The notes: generated from the sequence alone by a model not told the origin. 38,936 bases of DNA from a virus (IMGVR_UViG_3300029288_007068); one strand, 5' to 3'; positions 1 through 8,990 are shown, numbered from the stretch's first letter. Translations and numbers: made by a program.

Positions 1-3000
1 AAATAGACTTCATCTTGGAACTCTCTTATAACGTTATCATGGAAAAGACATCTTTCTGCGTTTGCAATATACGCTGGAATTGAAGTTCCTGTGGTAGATG
101 CAACGAATTGGTTTCCAAGAATTGAGATATCGTAAGCAGAACCACTACAATAAACACCATAACAATCCGCGGGTGCGGTTTGTTCATAAAAGACGTTGTT
201 ACTAATAATAACTCTTCTTGTTCCTGTATCTAAATCAATATAGTGACAATCATGATTGTTTGCAGATATCATAGTGTTTCCTGAAATGACAGTCCCATAT
301 ATGGTGGCTTTTAAATCAACACCCTGACAATTTGCGTAGGTTGGATTAAAGAAGTTATTAGAGATAATAGCAAAGTCACCTGTCATCGTAACACCAATAA
401 GACCGCCATAAATGTAATTGCCAGTTACCCGCATGTAATCATCAGAACTTTTGGTTGAATAAATTCCATAACAATTCTGATAGAGAATGTTATCTGATAT
501 AACGACGCGAGAAGAATATCTACAATAAACTCCATAATTAAAACGCATAATGGCACTATCATACATTCCTCTTAAGTAGTTGTTACTAATGATTGTACTA
601 TCTGCACAATACGTTGTATCATATCCCCACATGATAATTGCGTTATGGACTATGATATTGTTTTCTGTTATTGTAGATGCTTTTGCATATCCGTATAACG
701 ACACAAAGTTATGCAACCTATCTGTACAAATGATGTGTTCAACCCGCGCGGTTACATTAGTGAAGTTTGCGAACGTTTGTCTTGAAGCGAACATTCTCCC
801 TTTGATTCTAAACTCCGAAACACCACAAGTCAAACCATAGTACGGCGCAGAAGTATCTTCAAAATGGAATATTGATTTGTTTGTATCTGTGAAGTTAAGA
901 GTTGCACCATCGCTTGTAACAAAGATTTCTTTGTTGGTGAAGTTTACTGTGGCTGTTATGAAGATTTCAGTACCCGGGTCTCTGATGAAAATGGTTCCAC
1001 TACCAACAATCCAATTACTTGCCTTTTGGAGAACGTAAGTGAAGTTGGCATCTGTTGCGATAATGGTTCCATTTCTACCACCACGGGCAGTCCAACTGGC
1101 ATCGGCTTTGTATACAGAAACTGTTATAGGGAGAGCGCTATAGTTTGCACCAAGACCAGTGGAAGCGTTCCATCCAGCCCACCACGATATTGATTTGTTC
1201 ATTTGTGTTGTTGTGAGGTTCCAGTTGTGACCGAAGCCGATAGTTCGATTCCACGACACTCCAAATTGACTTAAAGTCCTGTTGGCTTTGACGACTGTGT
1301 TGTTCCAAGTTGTACCAAAGCCGATGGTTCTGTTGGTCTTGAGAGCGGTATTGTTTGCCTTGAGAGATGTGCCATTCCACTTTGCCATGAAGCTGAGTTT
1401 GCGAATTGACGAATTCCAAGAGGCGCGGTCAGCGTCAGTGATGGAACCTGCGCCATCGGAGGCGCCGGCGGACTGGTTGGCGTATATGTGCGCCCAATTG
1501 TTTGCTGACCTTTTAATCATGAGCAGGTTGTTGGCGGAGTCGAACCAAGCGTAGCCGGGTTGGAAGGTTGATTGGTTTACGATGTCGAAGAAGGTGTTGT
1601 AACCAATGTTGTCTCGAACTATTGAACGTGCACCACTTTGTAGTATAGTAGCAGTACAGGTAATAACGTTGTTGTCTTTTATGATATTATAGTTTCCTGT
1701 TGTACTTTCTCGAATTCCATATCCGCTACAATCAGTAATCATGTTATTGGTAACTGTATTGTTGCAACATTTTGGACTTCCACCAATTTGAATTCCATCT
1801 CCGCCACAACTTTTGATTGTATTTCCTAAAACAGTTGTAAAGTTCCAATTGAAGTTAATACCATCGGATGTACATTTTGAAATTGTATTCCCCGTTATAA
1901 TGTTGTACTTGCCACCATGTAGTATTGGAGTTGCATCTCTTATCGAGTAAATTCCATACCGACCACAACCGCTAATATGGTTTCCACTAATTGTACCGTT
2001 GCTTGCCCAAGTTTGGATACCATCGTAATATCCTGTGATTGTGTTATCTGTAATGGTTGCGTTGTAAAGACCACAAAATATTCCATAGTCTTCATCAGTT
2101 CTCGTACAACTTATGTAATTCCCACTGACAAGAACTCCTATATTCTTTTGTTTATCACTCGCCACAGCTGATGTTAAGTGAATTCCATAAGCAGATGTTT
2201 GATTGATTTTGTTATTTAAAATTGAAACTCCTCTTAAATGAGAAGTAGAAGTAGTCAATCTGATTCCATATCCTGTTGTATCATCGCCATCATTTCCAGT
2301 AACGTTATTGATATAACAATTTGAAAGAGTGAGGTAATCACCATACATCTCTACTCCACAACCGTATATCTCATTCAAGATACAATCACTGATTGTATTA
2401 TTATTCCCACCTAAAATGAAACCTGACCCGGTTCTCGCTGATATGTTACCACACCTCTCCGCAAGACAATTACTAACGGTAACTCGTTCTGTCCCCGCGC
2501 CAAGTACTATCGCCCGTGGTTCATTATTGGTTGTATATACATCTTCCTGTCTTGTCATGTTTCTAAAAATACAATTCGTAACTGTAGCTCTTCCACCATT
2601 TTCAAACCATATTCCACTGAACCCATTGAGATACAAACTATCGGAAATCGTAATCCATTTCGACTTCATTCCATAACTTGGTGAACCGGTAAGCGAAATA
2701 GATTCAAAACAAGTTCCGTGGTTCCAATAGTTCGAAAACAGACAATGTGATATTGTTACATTAGTACATGCTCCACCCCAAATTCCACCGGGTAATATAT
2801 TCTCCGAAACACCAGATGGTAAACCATCTCCCCAACACACTCCCGCTTCAGTTACTTTCACATTTTGAATGAAAACATTGTTACAAGCTCCAATGTATAT
2901 TCCAGCTAATATAGTGTTTTCTATCGTAACTCTCTCTATCGTTAAATTGTGGGTTTGTAATAACTGCATTCCATGTCCCTGGTTCCATCCCCAGTTTGAT

Positions 3001-4679
3001 ATTGAAATGTGGTGGGGTTGATGGTATTGGTTTCCGTTGATGGTAAAATCAGTTAATTTTACATTTGAGTTATTACCTGTTGCAACCGTTGTTCCACCAA
3101 CAATTAAACTTCTGTAGAAGTTAACCAATAAAGTTTTATTTGCTCCATCAGCTAAGTATAAAACGGAAGAATTACCAGCGCCTCGAAGCCATGTATTACT
3201 CGGTACTCTAATCGGAATGGTAATTGATATGTTACATGGCGGTAATTCCACCCATCCCATCAAACCAGAACCGGTGTTGTTTAAATCCCAAATTGCATCT
3301 TGGATACCCACGTTAGATACAGGGAACTTGTAACCACGGCTGTTGGTAATGAAAGTAACATTCGGGGCGAAGTTGCCGCCAGTAGTGGCATTCCATCCAG
3401 CCCACCAAGTGGCGGTTTTGTTCATTTGTGTTGTCGTCAAGTTCCAGTTGTGGCTCCATCCCAAAAATCTGTTATCTCCTGTTGACGCATTCCATAATGC
3501 CCAGAAGGTTTTGGAATTGTTAAAACCACTTGTAGTCTGATTCCATTTGTTACCGAAGTCGGAAGTTCGATTACTTTTAAGAACTGTATTATTCCACTCA
3601 CTTCCAAAGTCGATAGTTCGATTTACTTTGAGATACGTATTATTTGACTGAGTGGTGGTTCTGTTCCAACTATGGCTCCACCCTATAAACCTTAAATCTC
3701 CAGTAGACGCATTCCATGTTGCCCAGAAAGTCTTCGAATTATTAAATCCCGCAGTGGTTTGGTTCCACTTGTTACCAAATCCAATCGTTCTGTTAACTTT
3801 TAAAATTGTATTGTTAAGTTGGAGTGTTGTTCTATTCCAATTGTGACTCCACCCTATGAACCGCAAGTCACCTGTAGAGGCATTCCAAGCGGCCCAAAAC
3901 GTTTTAGAATTATTAAATCCAGACGTTGTTTGATTCCATTTGTTACCGAATCCCTGTGTTCGATTGACCTTGATGACTGTATTATTCCAATTTATTCCAA
4001 ATCCAGCGGTGCGATTTATTCTGAGTGCACTGTTATTTGCCTTTAAAGCTGTTCCATTCCATTTGAGCATAAAACTGAGTTTGCGAAGAGATGTGTTCCA
4101 AAGGTCATCGTAAGCGTTGACATGAGTAACTGAATTGTTCCATTTTGCTCTGTCTTCTTCTGTAATGGAACCAGCGCCATCTGCGCCCGCCGATGCGTTG
4201 ACATTTATGGTTGCCCAATTCCCAGCATTGCGCTTTACTTTAAGGACGTTGTTTGCTGAATCGAACCACATGAAACCGGGTTGAGCGCCAGTGACGTTTA
4301 TGGTTGGAGTGGTAGAATAGTTATAACATTGGAAGTTTACGTTGGTTGGAAGCGACCCATGTTGGAGAAGGGATGCAAACGAAACGCCATAAGGAATGTA
4401 GACAACTCCATAAGTGGCGTTGAGACTCCATGCGGCGTACTTGACGTTGTCCTGAGTGGCGTTATAGATATTGCCATTCGACACGTAAATCTTCGACATC
4501 AGTTCGAAGGTAGAACCATTCTTAAAATCATAGTCTCCATCATACATAATGACGCCGGTTGATGAATCGGTCGTATCGGTTATTATTCTTACGGAGTTAG
4601 CATAAGACGTCAACACCAAAGTGATGACTAAAAAGGCTACTCCGAATTTTATGCGTCTTGCCAATATTTTATCTGACAT
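1..4679 (-). CDS. Giant secreted/membrane-anchored spike or adhesin with two right-handed beta-helix (pectate-lyase-like) domains; 3' truncated by window edge
   Basis: Translated by hand: ATG at 4679 (RBS AGGAGAG) gives MSDKILARRIKFGVAFLVITLVLTSYANS... and stays open for 1559 codons to the window edge with no stop. Beta-helix hallmarks include LRGAGNSSVLYLADGANKTLL, KLTDFTINGN and many I-S-x-N/N-x-I repeats. N-x-S/T sequons are dense. Confidence 0.9.
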   Translation of the reverse strand, partial: MSDKILARRIKFGVAFLVITLVLTSYANSVRIITDTTDSSTGVIMYDGDYDFKNGSTFELMSKIYVSNGNIYNATQDNVKYAAWSLNATYGVVYIPYGVSFASLLQHGSLPTNVNFQCYNYSTTPTINVTGAQPGFMWFDSANNVLKVKRNAGNWATINVNASAGADGAGSITEEDRAKWNNSVTHVNAYDDLWNTSLRKLSFMLKWNGTALKANNSALRINRTAGFGINWNNTVIKVNRTQGFGNKWNQTTSGFNNSKTFWAAWNASTGDLRFIGWSHNWNRTTLQLNNTILKVNRTIGFGNKWNQTTAGFNNSKTFWATWNASTGDLRFIGWSHSWNRTTTQSNNTYLKVNRTIDFGSEWNNTVLKSNRTSDFGNKWNQTTSGFNNSKTFWALWNASTGDNRFLGWSHNWNLTTTQMNKTATWWAGWNATTGGNFAPNVTFITNSRGYKFPVSNVGIQDAIWDLNNTGSGLMGWVELPPCNISITIPIRVPSNTWLRGAGNSSVLYLADGANKTLLVNFYRSLIVGGTTVATGNNSNVKLTDFTINGNQYHQPHHISISNWGWNQGHGMQLLQTHNLTIERVTIENTILAGIYIGACNNVFIQNVKVTEAGVCWGDGLPSGVSENILPGGIWGGACTNVTISHCLFSNYWNHGTCFESISLTGSPSYGMKSKWITISDSLYLNGFSGIWFENGGRATVTNCIFRNMTRQEDVYTTNNEPRAIVLGAGTERVTVSNCLAERCGNISARTGSGFILGGNNNTISDCILNEIYGCGVEMYGDYLTLSNCYINNVTGNDGDDTTGYGIRLTTSTSHLRGVSILNNKINQTSAYGIHLTSAVASDKQKNIGVLVSGNYISCTRTDEDYGIFCGLYNATITDNTITGYYDGIQTWASNGTISGNHISGCGRYGIYSIRDATPILHGGKYNIITGNTISKCTSDGINFNWNFTTVLGNTIKSCGGDGIQIGGSPKCCNNTVTNNMITDCSGYGIRESTTGNYNIIKDNNVITCTATILQSGARSIVRDNIGYNTFFDIVNQSTFQPGYAWFDSANNLLMIKRSANNWAHIYANQSAGASDGAGSITDADRASWNSSIRKLSFMAKWNGTSLKANNTALKTNRTIGFGTTWNNTVVKANRTLSQFGVSWNRTIGFGHNWNLTTTQMNKSISWWAGWNASTGLGANYSALPITVSVYKADASWTARGGRNGTIIATDANFTYVLQKASNWIVGSGTIFIRDPGTEIFITATVNFTNKEIFVTSDGATLNFTDTNKSIFHFEDTSAPYYGLTCGVSEFRIKGRMFASRQTFANFTNVTARVEHIICTDRLHNFVSLYGYAKASTITENNIIVHNAIIMWGYDTTYCADSTIISNNYLRGMYDSAIMRFNYGVYCRYSSRVVISDNILYQNCYGIYSTKSSDDYMRVTGNYIYGGLIGVTMTGDFAIISNNFFNPTYANCQGVDLKATIYGTVISGNTMISANNHDCHYIDLDTGTRRVIISNNVFYEQTAPADCYGVYCSGSAYDISILGNQFVASTTGTSIPAYIANAERCLFHDNVIREFQDEVY

Positions 4680-4760
4680 GTTTTCTCTCCTATTGTTTAT
4701 TTTTAGTTTTTAGTAACTATTAACGTGCATCCCTTCAAAGATTTAAATTCCCATCCCCAT

Positions 4761-5132
4761 CTATTTTAACCACGGAAAGTAAGCCTTTCCAACGAGCTTA
4801 AGCGAAGCCTGACCCTTATGATATGGCTCTATGATGCCTTCGTCTTCAAGCCGGCGTATATAAGCTAACGTATCTTTACCAACTCTAATCCCATCGAGAC
4901 TGACTCCAGTAGTGCCGGGAGTGCCTCTGGCGTTGTTGATGCGAAGTCGCAGTTTCTCAAGTGAACCAGAACCTTTGGTTGACTCGCACAAGTATTTTAG
5001 GGCGCCCGCGTAATCACGCCCGATGGCGATTTGATGTTTGTATTCTTCTATGTGCTGGCGAATGAGTTGCTGGTCGGAGAGCTGGCGCTTGCGTATAACT
5101 TTTCGAGACTTCTTACCTTTATGGAATGTCAT
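4761..5132 (-). CDS. Hypothetical basic protein (123 aa)
   Basis: ORF track; co-oriented with neighbours; no recognisable motif. Confidence 0.7.
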   Translation of the reverse strand: MTFHKGKKSRKVIRKRQLSDQQLIRQHIEEYKHQIAIGRDYAGALKYLCESTKGSGSLEKLRLRINNARGTPGTTGVSLDGIRVGKDTLAYIRRLEDEGIIEPYHKGQASLKLVGKAYFPWLK

Positions 5133-5180
5133 GTTGTTCCCATCCTATTCTTAAATGACTTTTCATATATTTATAATTTA

Positions 5181-5369
5181 TTAGACTTTAAACTTCTTTG
5201 ATTTGTGTTTCATTGCGTTCTTTGTTGACTTGGCGTATGTTGTTGGTTTTACTTTTGACACTTTTAATTTCTTCATTCTATTCTCCTTTTCTGCTTGTAT
5301 CATTCCTTCTAAAGCCGGACCACCTAAACCTTTATATTTGCCTCGTATCCTTATACTTGACTTTACCAT
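5181..5369 (-). CDS. Small very basic protein (62 aa)
   Basis: ATG at 5369 after GAGGTGAGAAGA; K/R-rich (MVKSSIRIRGKYKGLGG...). Confidence 0.65.
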   Translation of the reverse strand: MVKSSIRIRGKYKGLGGPALEGMIQAEKENRMKKLKVSKVKPTTYAKSTKNAMKHKSKKFKV

Positions 5370-5374
5370 TCTTC

Positions 5375-5491
5375 TCACCTCTTATAGTAGCAATCCAAAC
5401 AAGCCCACTTCATCTTTCCATAGATGTCTCGCATTGTGCGGAGATTGAGTGTCTTTTTGCCACAGAAGCTACATTTGACTTGTGGTATCAT
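5375..5491 (-). CDS. Small C4 zinc-finger protein (38 aa), not in ORF track
   Basis: MIPQVKCSFCGKKTLNLRTMRDIYGKMKWACLDCYYKR*; two CxxC motifs; fills the gap between flanking genes exactly. Confidence 0.7.
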   Translation of the reverse strand: MIPQVKCSFCGKKTLNLRTMRDIYGKMKWACLDCYYKR

Positions 5492-6289
5492 TTATTTATC
5501 CTTCTTTTTAGATTTATGTGGGTCCCAAATGTTTGGTGGGTTTAGTCTGGAAGGCGATGGACCGGTTTGTAAGGAAAGCGGGCGTGATGTTGTCATGGGC
5601 GGCGGCGGATTAATGGTATGACGTGGACCACCGGGCGTCATGACTTTGCCACCGGTTGATGGTTGCCAGATGTTTGGGACATGGAAAGTTCCTGCGGGTT
5701 TGGATTCCGGGTAATAGGGAGACTTAGGTCTTGTAGATTTAAGAGCCTCGCGTTCACCTTTGAGTTTTTCTAATTCTGCTTTTCTCTTTTCCATCAGGCG
5801 TTCTCTTTCTATTTTGAGTTTCTCTCTTGCTATTGCCAATCGCTCACGTTCAAGTGCTCTCTCTTCCTCTGCTTCTTCTCTTTCAAGACGTCGACGCTCA
5901 GCTGTCTCAAGACGTTCATGATACTCATGTGCCTTTTCACCAAACTTCTTAACGCCTTCGCGAGTTCCGGTGACTGCGGCTTTGGCGCCAGAGACAACTC
6001 TTTCTTTAGTGCGTTGGATTTTCTCGGCGCGTTCTGCTTGACGCTTTGCCTCTGAGAGTGCTTCAGATTGCGTAAGGACTTTGACTGGAGTGTCGCCATA
6101 CGTTTCTTCAGCAAACCGGCGAGCTTCATTTCGGGAACTGAAGGTGCGGTCAACTAATTCGTAGCGACCAAGACCGGTTTTGATGTAAAGTAAGACAGGT
6201 TCAGCTTTAAATGTTGGAATGTCTTCTTTGGTGGCGGCTTGTTGTGAATGATATTCATATTCGGGACCATATTCTGGTGTTCGTGGCAT
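5492..6289 (-). CDS. Hypothetical coiled-coil protein with Pro-rich C-terminus (265 aa)
   Basis: E/R/K-rich heptad-like middle region; C-terminal region has PNIW twice. Confidence 0.8.
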   Translation of the reverse strand: MPRTPEYGPEYEYHSQQAATKEDIPTFKAEPVLLYIKTGLGRYELVDRTFSSRNEARRFAEETYGDTPVKVLTQSEALSEAKRQAERAEKIQRTKERVVSGAKAAVTGTREGVKKFGEKAHEYHERLETAERRRLEREEAEEERALERERLAIAREKLKIERERLMEKRKAELEKLKGEREALKSTRPKSPYYPESKPAGTFHVPNIWQPSTGGKVMTPGGPRHTINPPPPMTTSRPLSLQTGPSPSRLNPPNIWDPHKSKKKDK

Positions 6290-6290
6290 A

Positions 6291-6590
6291 TTAAAGTCTC
6301 CTATACATATTTAATGTAGATTTGCTTTGCTTTGCGTAACTCTTTAACTCTCTAATGAGTGAAGAATAGTATTGCTTATGTTGATATGAAAGGTAATCCT
6401 GAAGGGCTTCCTGTTCAGCTAAATCTATGGCGGATAACAAATCATCTTTACGCTTACTAAAATGTGCTATATCATCTGCCTTCTCACGACCTAATCCTTT
6501 TGGGTCGTAGAGTTCATCATGAATTCCTCTTTGATAACTCATATTCGATATCATTCGAAGTGCGTATGGTTGAATTTTTTTATATCTCAT
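6291..6590 (-). CDS. Hypothetical protein (99 aa)
   Basis: ORF track; abuts the downstream gene. Confidence 0.7.
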   Translation of the reverse strand: MRYKKIQPYALRMISNMSYQRGIHDELYDPKGLGREKADDIAHFSKRKDDLLSAIDLAEQEALQDYLSYQHKQYYSSLIRELKSYAKQSKSTLNMYRRL

Positions 6591-6597
6591 TTTGACA

Positions 6598-6771
6598 TCA
6601 TCTCCTTTTCTTGGCGGCGTATTCCGCCTTATATTCTTTTAACTCCTTAGTTTGCTCGCGAAGGAGTTTGTTGATTTGCTTTTTGTTTCCACTACGAAGT
6701 ATTCTCACGAGCTCGGTATGCTCTTTGATGAGAGGGACGTAAGGGAATTTTTTGTAGAGGTATTTGGGCAT
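6598..6771 (-). CDS. Small basic helical protein (57 aa), not in ORF track
   Basis: MPKYLYKKFPYVPLIKEHTELVRILRSGNKKQINKLLREQTKELKEYKAEYAAKKRR*; GGAG RBS upstream. Confidence 0.7.
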   Translation of the reverse strand: MPKYLYKKFPYVPLIKEHTELVRILRSGNKKQINKLLREQTKELKEYKAEYAAKKRR

Positions 6772-6811
6772 TTACTTTAACTCCTTCATATTATGTATCT
6801 TTTATTTATAT

Positions 6812-6827
6812 TATTATTGGATAATAT
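6812..6827. promoter_or_regulatory. Palindromic operator-like site TATTAT-TGG-ATAATA (copy 1)
   Basis: 16-nt exact match (TATTATTGGATAATAT) to 31280-31295; both copies are intergenic just upstream of minus-strand starts. Confidence 0.45.
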
Positions 6828-6850
6828 TGTCGTACATATTATTAACTCTT

Positions 6851-7015
6851 TTACCATCTTTTATACTTTGCAAATACATCTCTATAATTTAAACACTCTG
6901 GATTACGTCCACCATAAAGGTCTTTAACGTTAATATATTTTTTGGTACAAAGATATAACTCACCTTTTCTTTTACGATAGTAACAACTTGACATTGAACA
7001 TCTTACTTCAACCAT
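6851..7015 (-). CDS. Small Cys-rich protein (54 aa), DUF1540-like Cys spacing; not in ORF track
   Basis: MVEVRCSMSSCYYRKRKGELYLCTKKYINVKDLYGGRNPECLNYRDVFAKYKRW*; C-x4-C-Y...C...C pattern. Confidence 0.65.
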   Translation of the reverse strand: MVEVRCSMSSCYYRKRKGELYLCTKKYINVKDLYGGRNPECLNYRDVFAKYKRW

Positions 7016-7017
7016 TC

Positions 7018-7278
7018 TTACCACAATCCATCAACTATTTCAGCCCTCTTGTGGGCTTCCTTATACGATAACCCATAGTTCTTCATTAAGTCTATTTCAT
7101 AGAGCTCATGTTTCTTAATCCAAGGGAATTGACAAATGTTTTCGTAGACATCCTGGCGAACCCAAATTTCGTTAGGTGGGATTCGATGATGGAAGTCTTT
7201 GATTTCTTGTTTTGGCACGAGACCATGTAAAGCAATATATGATTTCATTACCGACTTGGGCTTAGACTTGAATATCAT
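7018..7278 (-). CDS. Hypothetical protein (86 aa)
   Basis: ORF track; ends ...WIKKHELYEIDLMKNYGLSYKEAHKRAEIVD, which contains an HE-like motif. Confidence 0.65.
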   Translation of the reverse strand: MIFKSKPKSVMKSYIALHGLVPKQEIKDFHHRIPPNEIWVRQDVYENICQFPWIKKHELYEIDLMKNYGLSYKEAHKRAEIVDGLW

Positions 7279-7549
7279 TTAACCATCCAGGGAAGAGTGA
7301 CCTTTCTTTCGGCTTATAAAGTAGCTTATCTTCAAGCTTATCTATATACTTCCTTGCCTGTTTCTCAGCACTAACTGCTGTTTTCGCTCTGACGACAAAT
7401 GGTTCTAATCCGTAATCGCCAATCCAAACATCTGCATAAACGTAACCATCTTCACGTTTAGTGATTTCTATTTCCCATCCCCGATGCATACGCTTCTTAA
7501 AACGTTTTGTTACATGTATGTCAGGACCTACTCCACTATAAATTGTCAT
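7262..7549 (-). CDS. Hypothetical protein (95 aa)
   Basis: GGAGGT RBS upstream of the ATG; beta-beta-beta-alpha-like pattern. Confidence 0.7.
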   Translation of the reverse strand: MTIYSGVGPDIHVTKRFKKRMHRGWEIEITKREDGYVYADVWIGDYGLEPFVVRAKTAVSAEKQARKYIDKLEDKLLYKPKERSLFPGWLNDIQV

Positions 7550-7555
7550 TTCTAT

Positions 7556-7786
7556 CTACCTCCAACTACCATAAGGGTTATAGGCTTTGTACGGCTTGTA
7601 GCGGGTCTTCGACTTATAGGGTTTATATTGATATGGAGCAACCTTCCTTCCTTGTGGCGTGGGTCTCTTTGAATAAGTGATGTCTTGGATGTTGCGCGCC
7701 ATTCCAGCAAGTAAACCAACGCTGATTCCCATTCCAGCGACACCGATAACTGAACCAGCTAATCCACTAACGTCGTATGTTGCCAT
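7556..7786 (-). CDS. Small protein with Gly-rich hydrophobic N-terminus and basic aromatic C-terminus (76 aa)
   Basis: VSGLAGSVIGVAGMGISVGLLAG followed by K/Y/P-rich tail. Confidence 0.7.
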   Translation of the reverse strand: MATYDVSGLAGSVIGVAGMGISVGLLAGMARNIQDITYSKRPTPQGRKVAPYQYKPYKSKTRYKPYKAYNPYGSWR

Positions 7787-7789
7787 ACT

Positions 7790-7963
7790 TCACTTCTCCT
7801 TTTTATGATATGTTACCGAATAAACGTTCAAATTCTTTTTACCTCTTTCGTGCAACCAAAAACTCCTTTCATGCAACTTTACTATTCTTGTAACTACAAT
7901 GTTCTTCTTTACCTTCTTTCTAACATCTAATGCAGTCTTCCCAATTACATGGATTGTTGTCAT
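7790..7963 (-). CDS. Small basic protein (57 aa), not in ORF track
   Basis: MTTIHVIGKTALDVRKKVKKNIVVTRIVKLHERSFWLHERGKKNLNVYSVTYHKKEK*; GGTG RBS. Confidence 0.7.
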   Translation of the reverse strand: MTTIHVIGKTALDVRKKVKKNIVVTRIVKLHERSFWLHERGKKNLNVYSVTYHKKEK

Positions 7964-7966
7964 ACT

Positions 7967-8134
7967 TCACACCTTTATATCAATCCATTCTTTAGCTTTG
8001 CGAAATCCACCATGACTACCAAGGGCAATAGTTCTACTCTTCCGTTTGATGTCAAAACTACCATCACGGAATTTTCGAATTATGTAGCCATGATAGCGTT
8101 TTACTTCAATATCATGTCCGAATTTTGTTTTCAT
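7967..8134 (-). CDS. Small basic protein (55 aa), not in ORF track
   Basis: MKTKFGHDIEVKRYHGYIIRKFRDGSFDIKRKSRTIALGSHGGFRKAKEWIDIKV*; GGTG RBS. Confidence 0.7.
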   Translation of the reverse strand: MKTKFGHDIEVKRYHGYIIRKFRDGSFDIKRKSRTIALGSHGGFRKAKEWIDIKV

Positions 8135-8143
8135 TCTTCACAC

Positions 8144-8314
8144 CTACTTAAGTTTCTTTACACTTATCGCGTTCTCAGTTCTAAAGTGATAATCGCTATT
8201 GTAGAACTTTCGCTTATACTGCTCTGGGGTTAATTTTGAATGAACTATTTTGTACATTGGTTTTCCTTTTCCAACTATACCTGATATCCAGGTTGCTACT
8301 AATAATGTTTTCAT
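8144..8314 (-). CDS. Small basic protein (56 aa), not in ORF track
   Basis: MKTLLVATWISGIVGKGKPMYKIVHSKLTPEQYKRKFYNSDYHFRTENAISVKKLK*; GGTG RBS. Confidence 0.7.
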   Translation of the reverse strand: MKTLLVATWISGIVGKGKPMYKIVHSKLTPEQYKRKFYNSDYHFRTENAISVKKLK

Positions 8315-8317
8315 TCT

Positions 8318-8530
8318 TCACACCTTCTTTACATAAATTGCCTCATTGGCTTTTGCTCGTTTCGTTGAACTCTTCCATCTGCGGTCGATGACTCTACGTT
8401 TGACATCTAACGCGGTTTTCTTTGTGTCGAATACTGGAACTCGACCACCAGCCGTCCGAAGGCAACCTCCCTTGGTCTTACGACCGGACTGAAGTGGGAC
8501 GCCTTTTTTGTATTTTAGGATGTATGACAT
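8318..8530 (-). CDS. Small very basic protein (70 aa)
   Basis: Likely start MSYILKYKKG at 8530 after GGAGGT RBS. Confidence 0.7.
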   Translation of the reverse strand: MSYILKYKKGVPLQSGRKTKGGCLRTAGGRVPVFDTKKTALDVKRRVIDRRWKSSTKRAKANEAIYVKKV

Positions 8531-8534
8531 TTTC

Positions 8535-8768
8535 TTACCTCCATCCTTTAATTGATTTCCATGTTTGCACAAGAAGCCTATACTTCTTTCCGTGTGATGG
8601 TTTCCACCGCTGGATTACGATTTCATTCCCAAGACCAGAGCGACGCGCTTCTGTCACAGCAATCTGAGCGGCTTCATCCATGTTATGGGCAAGGATGTAA
8701 TGACCCTGACCGATGTGGGGATATTCCCAACGATATTCGTCTTGGTCGTTGTAAAAGTGTCTTGGCAT
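8535..8768 (-). CDS. Hypothetical protein (77 aa)
   Basis: Likely start MPRHFY at 8768, coupled to the upstream stop. Confidence 0.65.
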   Translation of the reverse strand: MPRHFYNDQDEYRWEYPHIGQGHYILAHNMDEAAQIAVTEARRSGLGNEIVIQRWKPSHGKKYRLLVQTWKSIKGWR

Positions 8769-8769
8769 T

Positions 8770-8955
8770 TTACTTCCCCTTCTTGTGTCCCCAGATAAGC
8801 GCACCTGAACCAAAACTTGTATAGACTGTAGTTGGTTTACAACCTTCTCTCAAACAAGTTTTCCTTCGCTGTTCAGCTAAACGTTTGTTGGATGCCACAA
8901 ATGTTAATACTTTTCCTCTGGGTTTGCTTCTATACTTAAACCAATGTACTGCCAT
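8770..8955 (-). CDS. Small basic protein (61 aa), first gene of small-gene operon
   Basis: ATG preceded by AGGAAGTGAG and a TATA box ~40 nt upstream. Confidence 0.7.
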   Translation of the reverse strand: MAVHWFKYRSKPRGKVLTFVASNKRLAEQRRKTCLREGCKPTTVYTSFGSGALIWGHKKGK

Positions 8956-8990
8956 TCTTTCTCACTTCCTATGTTTACTTATTATATTTC

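Larger units (their letters stand above)
7778..8325 (-). repeat. Four copies of a ~20-nt start-associated repeat (AGGTGTGAAGWATGAMAACA on the minus strand)
   Basis: Plus-strand TGTTTTCATTCTTCACACCT occurs exactly at 8126-8145 and 8306-8325, at 18/20 at 7955-7974, and degenerately at 7778-7797. Each copy spans the RBS and start codon of a small gene. Confidence 0.8.

Noticed and set aside
1-4679. Stop-codon recoding or pseudogene explaining the empty ORF track
   Set aside because: Manual translation shows no in-frame stop; the ORF simply runs off the window edge.
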